A stretch of 44,943 nt of DNA. Origin: Polyangiales bacterium. GTDB taxonomy: Bacteria > Myxococcota_A > Polyangia > Polyangiales > Houyiibacteriaceae. Shown one piece after another: positions 35,979 through 42,741 of the stretch; position 1 is the first letter of the stretch, and each line of letters begins with the position of its first letter. The position numbers and the translations under genes are program-made. The notes beneath the pieces were generated by a model. It worked only from the letters and a program-made list of their open reading frames with translations, was not told the DNA's origin and did not search any database. Location of the stretch: assembly GCA_045106895.1 (NCBI GenBank), contig JBGCFM010000171.1, positions 1 to 44,943 on the forward strand, given 5' to 3'.

Positions 35979-37114
35979 GGCGTGAAACTCAATCCCGTTT
36001 GTAGAATCACCGCCGTCAGCGAATCGAGATAAAGGAAGTCGTCGAAGAAGGTCTGTACGACACTCCCTTCAACGTACACGCCCCAACGGTCATTTCTCCA
36101 AGCTGTACGAATACCCACGGTCCCTGCAGTGTACGGAGAGAGGTCTCTATCGGCGGTTCGAAAAGTAGGTTGGGTCGTCGCGTTTGGGACTTCGTAGGCG
36201 CGTTGCCAGAAAGAGGCGCCGTTCTGTCGGTATGCGCGCAACCAAAGTCCAAGCTCCACATGCTCGCTTACTTGCCAGGCGACGCGTGGCTCAATCGTGT
36301 GGGCCATCAGGGACCAGTCATCGACGTAGAACTGGTAGTCGAGCTTCAGAGTGACGTCCGCGCTTGGAATGAAGTGCATGAATCGCATCGCCAGGGCATG
36401 GCGCAAGCGGGTGTCAGGTACGTTCTCCATCGGTCTGCCGGGCAGCCGGAGCGCGTCGAAATTGGCGAAGTTTGCGCCTTCTCCGGTACCTGGCAAGAAG
36501 AGGGATACATGTCGATACGGCTTTTCCATGTAGCCGTTTTGCGCCGTCATCGTGTAAGCGCCGCGGATCAAAGAACGCGTCGAAAGCGTTTGGGTGAAGC
36601 TCACGTCGGCGCGGTGCGAGAGAAGGCGTGCGCTGAAGACGTCGGTGCTCGAGTCGTGACGGGAGACGATGTCGTGGGAGAAGCCGTAACCCACCGCGAG
36701 AACGGAGTCTGGTGTTCCAAGTCGACTCTGAAGCGAGAGCCCAGCGCCGTGACTCTGGTAGTCGGGCTCGAGGGAAAAGCGATAGGTGAGCGCCGGAAGG
36801 TGGTCGCCGAAACGCTTACTCGCAGCGAGATCCGCCTGCATGCGTCCCTCGCTGAACCCTTGGGTTGCATGGGAAACGACATCGACCGATGCGGAAGAGA
36901 TCACATCGATGGTAAAGCGGGCGCTGATGGCCCCACCGTCTGTGTCGAGCGCCCGACGAACTCCCACTTGAGGTGTGACAACTTGGGTCGCGTTATTGTC
37001 GGTATAACCGAGGGCGTCGATATTGACCGTCCAATCGCCCTCTTGGGCTGAAACACCGCCCACGCACAACAGGAATCCAAGGGCTATCGTCCATTGTCTC
37101 AGTTGCAACCGCAT
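35975..37114 (-). CDS. DUF3570-family outer-membrane beta-barrel protein
   Basis: Signal peptide, DVISSASVDVV, SLEPDYQS, GYMEKPYR, ENVPDTR, FYVDDW, DRDLS. Immediately follows a DUF4266 gene. Confidence 0.85.
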   Translation of the reverse strand: MRLQLRQWTIALGFLLCVGGVSAQEGDWTVNIDALGYTDNNATQVVTPQVGVRRALDTDGGAISARFTIDVISSASVDVVSHATQGFSEGRMQADLAASKRFGDHLPALTYRFSLEPDYQSHGAGLSLQSRLGTPDSVLAVGYGFSHDIVSRHDSSTDVFSARLLSHRADVSFTQTLSTRSLIRGAYTMTAQNGYMEKPYRHVSLFLPGTGEGANFANFDALRLPGRPMENVPDTRLRHALAMRFMHFIPSADVTLKLDYQFYVDDWSLMAHTIEPRVAWQVSEHVELGLWLRAYRQNGASFWQRAYEVPNATTQPTFRTADRDLSPYTAGTVGIRTAWRNDRWGVYVEGSVVQTFFDDFLYLDSLTAVILQTGLSFTP

Positions 37115-37329
37115 CCTCCGCCGCCGCCGCCAAAGCCGCCCACGGCTCCTTCGCGGGTTCCAAGATAGTGCTCACGGAGTGAGTCATGCCCGGGTTCACC
37201 GTCGGGAGACATGCTCGGGCGCGCGAGGTGTTCGCGTTCCCAAGGCTTCGTCGTTGCGCAGCCGCCGAGCGTCATGATCAAGCCTAGAAGGCAGGCCCAA
37301 ACAAGTCTGTTGTTTCCAGCACTTGTCAC
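37099..37329 (-). CDS. DUF4266-family small lipoprotein
   Basis: LGGC..KPWEREHLA...REGAVGG.GGGGGGCGCN. GGGAGA RBS before GTG 37329 (alternative ATG 37347). Confidence 0.9.
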   Translation of the reverse strand: MTSAGNNRLVWACLLGLIMTLGGCATTKPWEREHLARPSMSPDGEPGHDSLREHYLGTREGAVGGFGGGGGGCGCN

Positions 37330-37463
37330 GGATGTTCTCCCTCGCATGGGCGCAGCTGAGAACAGAGCGGAAATGCCGGAGGACATAGTCTTCCATAAGT
37401 CATTTTTGTTCCTGGACAACAACATTGCTAGAAACACGTTGTTCTATCTCCACAACAGCGAGC

Positions 37464-37491
37464 GGAACTTCTGAACGTGCCGGATGTCAGT
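37464..37491 (+). promoter_or_regulatory. ECF sigma (RpoE-type) promoter candidate
   Basis: GGAACTT-N16-TCAGT ending 6 nt before ATG 37498. Confidence 0.5.
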
Positions 37492-37497
37492 TGCAGC

Positions 37498-38037
37498 ATG
37501 ACGATTCAAGTTCCTTCGAGAGTTTTGCTGCGCAAGGTTCCACTGAAGTTCATTCGGGATCGAGTCGCGGGAGGCAATCGCAAGAGCGTCGACATGCAGC
37601 TGCCGCTCGTACCCTTCATCGACTTCCTCATCGTGCTCGTGGTCTTCCTCATCATGAACTTCGCCACCGCAGGCGGTGCGCAGCCGAACGCCGCCATCAC
37701 GATGCCAAGCGCGGCGAACACCGAAGTCTTGGAAGTCGCGCCGGTCATCGCTATCGACCGACGCGTCGTCACCGTGGATGGTGTTCGCGTCGCGGACACC
37801 CAAACGCTCAACTTGGAAAGCGGTGTTGAACGCATTGAGGCGCTCCACGAGCGTCTGGAACAAGGTCGCGAGAATTGGTCTGTTTTGCACCCACGCCAGC
37901 CGTTTCCCGGAGCCGTCGTCATTCAGGCGGATGTCCGCGTCGACTTCCGGGTGATCAAGAAGGTGATGTTCACAGCTGTTCAGAGTGGGCACCTGAACGT
38001 GAGCTTCGCCGTCAACGGGCCCGGAGCGGCGCGCTAG
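37498..38037 (+). CDS. ExbD/TolR family protein, AglS-like
   Basis: PLVPFIDFLIVLVVFLIMNF TM with the conserved Asp; IQAD..VDF.VIKKVM. The N-terminus MTIQVP resembles myxobacterial AglS as I recall it. Confidence 0.9.
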   Translation: MTIQVPSRVLLRKVPLKFIRDRVAGGNRKSVDMQLPLVPFIDFLIVLVVFLIMNFATAGGAQPNAAITMPSAANTEVLEVAPVIAIDRRVVTVDGVRVADTQTLNLESGVERIEALHERLEQGRENWSVLHPRQPFPGAVVIQADVRVDFRVIKKVMFTAVQSGHLNVSFAVNGPGAAR

Positions 38038-38444
38038 TCCGCTTTTTCGACGCCGAGCATGTCTGCGAGCAACGAGAGGGCGTCGACGGTGGTCACGATG
38101 CCCACCACTTTGTCTGCATCGACGACAAGCGCTGAGCCGAGCTTCTGATCCGCCATTCGCCGAGCGACCTGGCCCACCGGTTCAGAGGGCGCGACGACAA
38201 AAGGTTCGGGCGTCATCGCCTCTTCGACCTTGGTGTTCTCGGGGTCGACGCCGGCAAATCCGGACAGAAACGCAATGTCGCGGTCGGAGATGATGCCGGC
38301 CAGCTTTCCAGCGTAGAGCACGGGAAGGTGCCGAACACCGAGCTCGCTCATGCGAGCCGCTGCGCTGGCAATGGACTGTCCTGCGCCGATGGTGTCGGGC
38401 GTTGGACTCATGATTTCGCGGATAGGTTGGTTCTGGTTGGACAT
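38034..38444 (-). CDS. CBS domain pair protein
   Basis: IMSPTP, VRHLPV...GIISDRDI, AMTPEP, GSALVV...VGIVTTVD. Confidence 0.92.
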   Translation of the reverse strand: MSNQNQPIREIMSPTPDTIGAGQSIASAAARMSELGVRHLPVLYAGKLAGIISDRDIAFLSGFAGVDPENTKVEEAMTPEPFVVAPSEPVGQVARRMADQKLGSALVVDADKVVGIVTTVDALSLLADMLGVEKAD

Positions 38445-38456
38445 GGTCAACGCGTA

Positions 38457-38473
38457 CGCAATCTCTGGGCCAA
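38457..38473 (-). promoter_or_regulatory. sigma54 promoter for the CBS gene
   Basis: Minus strand TTGGCCCagagaTTGCG, GG-N10-GC spacing. Confidence 0.6.
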
Positions 38474-38486
38474 TCGTGCGGAGCGT

Positions 38487-38930
38487 TCAACGCACCACAA
38501 AAACGGAGCACGGCGCGTGACGGACGACCTTCTCCGCGACGCTGCCGAGGAGCATGTGCCTCAGGCCTGTTCGGCCGTGCGTCGAGACAACGATGCAGTC
38601 TACGTTGTGTTGTTTCGCGTAGTCACAGATCGTCGCCGCGGCGCTCATGCCTTGAATCGCGTCGACCTTGACGTCGAGTCCAGCCAGGTGCTCCTCGGAG
38701 ATCTGCTTCAGCGTCTTGAGCACTGTGGCTTCGATCTCGTGGCTGATCGCAGCGTTGATGCTGCCGGCGCCGAGCGGCGCCAGTGGCGGCACCGCGGGTG
38801 CAGGATCGAAGACATGAAGAAGCCTGATGCTCGCGCCGCGAGCCTCCGCCCAACGTTTGCCTTCCAGGGTGGCTTGCAGAGAGTTCTTCGAGAGATCAGT
38901 GGCGATGAGCAGCGTCGATGGTTCAGTCAT
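38487..38930 (-). CDS. Universal stress protein
   Basis: LIATDLS, IVVSTHGRTGLRHMLLGSVAEKVVRHAPCSVFVVR; GGAGG RBS. Confidence 0.95.
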   Translation of the reverse strand: MTEPSTLLIATDLSKNSLQATLEGKRWAEARGASIRLLHVFDPAPAVPPLAPLGAGSINAAISHEIEATVLKTLKQISEEHLAGLDVKVDAIQGMSAAATICDYAKQHNVDCIVVSTHGRTGLRHMLLGSVAEKVVRHAPCSVFVVR

Positions 38931-38950
38931 GGTTCCTCCGCGCTCCCAGT

Positions 38951-38967
38951 TGCAAGAGCCTCACCAG
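38951..38967 (-). promoter_or_regulatory. sigma54 promoter for the minus-strand USP
   Basis: Minus strand CTGGtgaggctcTTGCA, GG-N10-GC spacing. Confidence 0.6.
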
Positions 38968-39018
38968 CAATGTTCGCGCCCAATAAGCAGGCGAGAGCGG
39001 CGCCTTCGCTCACATATG

Positions 39019-39063
39019 GGCGCATTCCGTGCGCCACTGTGAACGCTAGCGCAATGTTTGCGC
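39019..39063. promoter_or_regulatory. Tandem palindromes GCGCA-N5-TGCGC (candidate enhancer sites)
   Basis: Perfect copies at 39020-39034 and 39049-39063; degenerate copy at 38965-38979. Confidence 0.55.
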
Positions 39064-39104
39064 CGGTTTTGAGTCCTGACCGGCGGGATCGTCTACGCGT
39101 GAAG

Positions 39105-39121
39105 TTGGTCCGATCGTTGCT
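39105..39121 (+). promoter_or_regulatory. sigma54 promoter for the plus-strand USP
   Basis: TTGGtccgatcgTTGCT, GG-N10-GC spacing. Confidence 0.6.
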
Positions 39122-39161
39122 GTAGGGCGATGGGCGACGCGTGTCGCGAAAGGGGCTCGAT

Positions 39162-39767
39162 ATGACTAGCGAAAAGAAGTGGACTCTTGTTGTTGGACTC
39201 GACTTTAGTGAGTGCGGAACCAAGGCGCTGAGACAAGCCCTGCAGATGGCGCATAGAGGAGACGGCGTCCTGCACATCGCGCACGCAGTGACGAGGGCAG
39301 ACATGGGCAAGGGCGATGAGCTCGCGACGCAAGAGGCGGCGCTCGAAGAGCTTCCGCCGATGATCACACGTATGGTGTGCTCCCAGATGGAGCACCTCGG
39401 CATGGAGTACGAGGATGTGCCTGTGGGGCTTCACGTTCGCCTGGGTTCGCCCTTCGACGTGGTGCGCCAGATCGCCATCGACTACGACGCGGACCTCATC
39501 GTCGTCGGCACCCACGGTCGCAAAGGGATGGAGAAACTGTTGCTGGGCTCCGTGGCAGAGAAGCTCGTTCGGGATGCGCACGTGCCCGTCCTTGTCGCAC
39601 ACGAGAATCGACTCGGCGAGCTCGAGAAGACGACGACCCCCGACCCCATGCGAACCCCGGAGGAAGAGGTTTTCCGAAGCGCCTCCGAGAGTCCTCACGT
39701 GTACCGTTCGACGCTTATCTCCGCTTGGCGTGGTCTCGGACGTCCGACGAACCCGAATATGCTCTGA
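39162..39767 (+). CDS. Universal stress protein with C-terminal extension
   Basis: VVGLDFS, ADLIVVGTHGRKGMEKLLLGSVAEKLVRDAHVPVLV. Confidence 0.93.
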   Translation: MTSEKKWTLVVGLDFSECGTKALRQALQMAHRGDGVLHIAHAVTRADMGKGDELATQEAALEELPPMITRMVCSQMEHLGMEYEDVPVGLHVRLGSPFDVVRQIAIDYDADLIVVGTHGRKGMEKLLLGSVAEKLVRDAHVPVLVAHENRLGELEKTTTPDPMRTPEEEVFRSASESPHVYRSTLISAWRGLGRPTNPNML

Positions 39768-39799
39768 CTTTTCGGCTCGTGCTGTTGAACGCCCGTCGC

Positions 39800-41371
39800 T
39801 CAGCGTCGCACGACTTCGATCTCACCGACGCCTTGGTACTGCCCGTACTGTTGATCGCCGACGAGGAAATGAAGCGTGTAGAAGCCGCTTTGAACCATGG
39901 GGCAGTTGGCGTTCACGGCGGCGTCGTTGCTGATGCCGCATTGGACGCTTTCGCCGCCGCTTTTGGGTCTGTAGGCGACCATGACCCACTGCCGCTGTGG
40001 GTTGTCGATGCGAACGCCGAAGCTGCCGCCGACGGTGACCTGAGAGCGGTTCGGTGAACGAAGCGCAAGGCCGCGCTCAAAGAACGAAGGCCGCAGGTTT
40101 GGCAGCCGCATGAACTCCGCACGCGAGATGGGCTCGGCGAGGAGCTGCCAGTCGGGGTTCTCCGGGAAATGGTTGCGTCCAAAGGCGCCGGCGGGCGTGA
40201 GGAAATAGTCCGTCGAGTACTCGGGGGTGAACGAATCACCCTCGACGTGTCCGGCGTTCCACGTCGCGTCCATGAGGTACCAGCGCTCCTCGATTTTGAC
40301 GGCGTTCCATGCGTGGCCGACGCCGCCGACGGACTGGCGCGTGTGACCCGTGACCACTTCGATGTCGATGCTCGCGGCTTCGCCGAGGGCTTTCATGAGA
40401 TTGGCGTACCCCGCGCAGACGCCGATACGGTTACGAAACACGTTCTCGGCTTGCTGGGAGCTGAAGTCTGGACGCTCCCCCCGTTCGATGGCGCGAAGCA
40501 GCGGGACGTCGTAGCGGACGTGCTCCGCGACCCAGTCGTGGAGCGCTTTGACGCGCTGGAATTTATTGTCCTCGCTCCGCGTCACGTACTGCGCCAAGGC
40601 TGTGATGGAGCTCTCCGCGCTTGGGGGAATCGACGCGATGGCGGGGTGAAGGGTGTGCTCGAAAGGCCAGGCCTCGTCTGCGGCAGAGTCGTCGCTCGGT
40701 GCGTGGGGACGTTCCGGGGCGTCTGGGTTATTCGGGGTGTCCGGGGTGTCCGTGGTGTCCGGCGCTGGCACGTGCGGGGTATTCGGCGTGTCGGGGCGGC
40801 TTGGAGGAGGAGTGGGCCGCTGGGGCTCGGGCACATCTGACGCATCGCGCTCGTCGATGGATTCATGCAGGTCCGGCGGCGGCGGCGCTTCATCATCTTC
40901 GACGAGGTCCTCGTAGGCGTTGTCGGAGACCGCGCCGCCGAAGGCCCATTCGAGGCCATCCACAGTCTGGAACAATGCATCGCGGATGGACTCCACGGTG
41001 GAACTCTCGCCGGCGTCGTCGAGCATCCAGTCGCCCCGCGCGGACATCGAGGTGAAGACTGTCTTGGGGCTGAAGAAGAAGAACGCGCCGAGAAAGACAA
41101 CGTTCAGCGTCAGCGTCCGAAGTGTCATTCGGTCGACGAAGGTGAGAATGCTCTTGGCGTCTTTGTCGCGCTTTCGCCGCGCCCACGCGTCCCACAGAAG
41201 CGGCACGATGGGGAACGCAAGCAGCGCGACGAGGGGGGCGACCCAGCGAGGTCCATTGAGGAACGCCGCAAGGGACGAGCCCACCCAAGCGCCCAGCAAA
41301 GGGATGGCGATGGCGAGAAGGCCGAGGCTCACCTTGATGAGCACGCCGAAAAAACGAAGGATCAGTTTCAA
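39800..41371 (-). CDS. Membrane-anchored transglutaminase-like (KY/Cyk3-type) cysteine protease domain protein
   Basis: 3 N-terminal TM segments, a PDTP linker and the triad motifs GVCAGYA, HAWNAV, DATW. Confidence 0.88.
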   Translation of the reverse strand: MKLILRFFGVLIKVSLGLLAIAIPLLGAWVGSSLAAFLNGPRWVAPLVALLAFPIVPLLWDAWARRKRDKDAKSILTFVDRMTLRTLTLNVVFLGAFFFFSPKTVFTSMSARGDWMLDDAGESSTVESIRDALFQTVDGLEWAFGGAVSDNAYEDLVEDDEAPPPPDLHESIDERDASDVPEPQRPTPPPSRPDTPNTPHVPAPDTTDTPDTPNNPDAPERPHAPSDDSAADEAWPFEHTLHPAIASIPPSAESSITALAQYVTRSEDNKFQRVKALHDWVAEHVRYDVPLLRAIERGERPDFSSQQAENVFRNRIGVCAGYANLMKALGEAASIDIEVVTGHTRQSVGGVGHAWNAVKIEERWYLMDATWNAGHVEGDSFTPEYSTDYFLTPAGAFGRNHFPENPDWQLLAEPISRAEFMRLPNLRPSFFERGLALRSPNRSQVTVGGSFGVRIDNPQRQWVMVAYRPKSGGESVQCGISNDAAVNANCPMVQSGFYTLHFLVGDQQYGQYQGVGEIEVVRR

Positions 41372-41478
41372 CGAAGGCCTTTGCGCATTCGCCCACAGTG
41401 CGAACGAAGCACTCGGGCGTCAAGAGCGGTGAACTTTACGCAGGTTGTCGTCAATGAGCAGAGTGCATTGCAAACGCT

Positions 41479-42630
41479 TCACGATTCCAGACTCTGGATG
41501 TCGAATTCGATCGCCGTGCCGTGCTCTAAGCCATCAGCAATTCTTAGGCTGCCACCGTGCACCTGAACGATCTTTTGGCATTGCGCGAGGCCGATGCCGC
41601 TCCCTTCGAAATCTTTGGTGCTATGTAGTCTTTGGAAGACCAACATGACTCGTTCGCGATGCTCTGGGGGGATCCCGATACCGTTGTCTTGGACGGTAAA
41701 AGAGTGGCCCTGACCCAAGGGCGTACTGCTGATGGAGATGATGGGTGCAATCCCCGCTCGCGTGAACTTCATGGCGTTGACCAAGAGGTTTTGAAAGAGC
41801 AGGCGCAGAAGGGTTCGATGTCCCTGGACCGTCGGTAGGGCCCCAATCTCGAGCCTAGCCCCTGTCTCGTCGATCCGGGCGCCCAGATCTTCTTGAATCT
41901 CCGCGAGGAGCTCGGAGCAGTTCACCTGGCCAGCCTGCCCTTCGGCGCCCAGTCGACTGTATTGGAGCAGATCATGAATGAGGTTCGACATGCGGTCGGC
42001 GGCGCCTGTGACAAAGGACATGTAGACGCGCGCATTATCGTCGAGGTGGGCGACGTATTCGCGTTCTAGGAGACCCACGAAACTCTTGATCGTTCGCAGT
42101 GGCTCCTGCAGGTCGTGGGAGGCCACGTAGGCAAACTGGGCCAGCTCTCGGTTGGACTTTTCGAGTACCGAGCGCTGCAGCTCAACCTCTGCCTGCCGAG
42201 TCTTGGCGAGCAAGACGCGGTTTCGCTCCAAGGCGAGCTCACGCTCAACGGTCTCAGTCAGGTCTAGAAGGGTCCCGACTTGGTAGACAACCTCGCCCTC
42301 CTCACTGAGCACCGCGGTGCCGTGCGCCCGAACATGGCGTGTCGTACCGTCCACACCGCAAATTCGATACTCCATCGGCGGAGTCTTCTTGGTCTCGGCC
42401 GCCCGTGCGACCATTCCCATGACGCGGTCCATGTCTTGAGGATGAATACGCGAGAAGAAGCCCTCCATCGACGGCGTCTCCGACTGAGGCTCCAGCCCCA
42501 AGAGTCGGAAGATGTTGTCGGACCAGAACAAATCATTGTCTTGTGGGTCCCAGGACCACCAGCCCATCCCAGCGACCTGCTCCGCCTGCTTGAAGAGGCG
42601 CAACTGTAGTTCCATGTGCTCGCGTTTCAT
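41479..42630 (-). CDS. Soluble PAS-domain sensor histidine kinase
   Basis: PAS_3 (GWWSWD...IHPQD...EYRI), H-box FAYVASHDLQEPLR, N-box QNLLVNAMKF, DNGIGI, GSGIGLA. Confidence 0.93.
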   Translation of the reverse strand: MKREHMELQLRLFKQAEQVAGMGWWSWDPQDNDLFWSDNIFRLLGLEPQSETPSMEGFFSRIHPQDMDRVMGMVARAAETKKTPPMEYRICGVDGTTRHVRAHGTAVLSEEGEVVYQVGTLLDLTETVERELALERNRVLLAKTRQAEVELQRSVLEKSNRELAQFAYVASHDLQEPLRTIKSFVGLLEREYVAHLDDNARVYMSFVTGAADRMSNLIHDLLQYSRLGAEGQAGQVNCSELLAEIQEDLGARIDETGARLEIGALPTVQGHRTLLRLLFQNLLVNAMKFTRAGIAPIISISSTPLGQGHSFTVQDNGIGIPPEHRERVMLVFQRLHSTKDFEGSGIGLAQCQKIVQVHGGSLRIADGLEHGTAIEFDIQSLES

Positions 42631-42741
42631 AGTGGTCCTGAGGTGTTGGTGCAGGCTGGCGCCGGAGCTCCTGAGTCGTTACGGCCAACTCTACGGCGTC
42701 TTCTATCGCGACCAGTAGTCATTCTCGTTTCTTGGCGTCGC

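Noticed and set aside
37099..37101. TGA after CGCN of DUF4266 as possible selenocysteine
   Set aside because: The family normally ends at CGCN, an in-frame TAG follows within a few codons, and no SECIS is evident.
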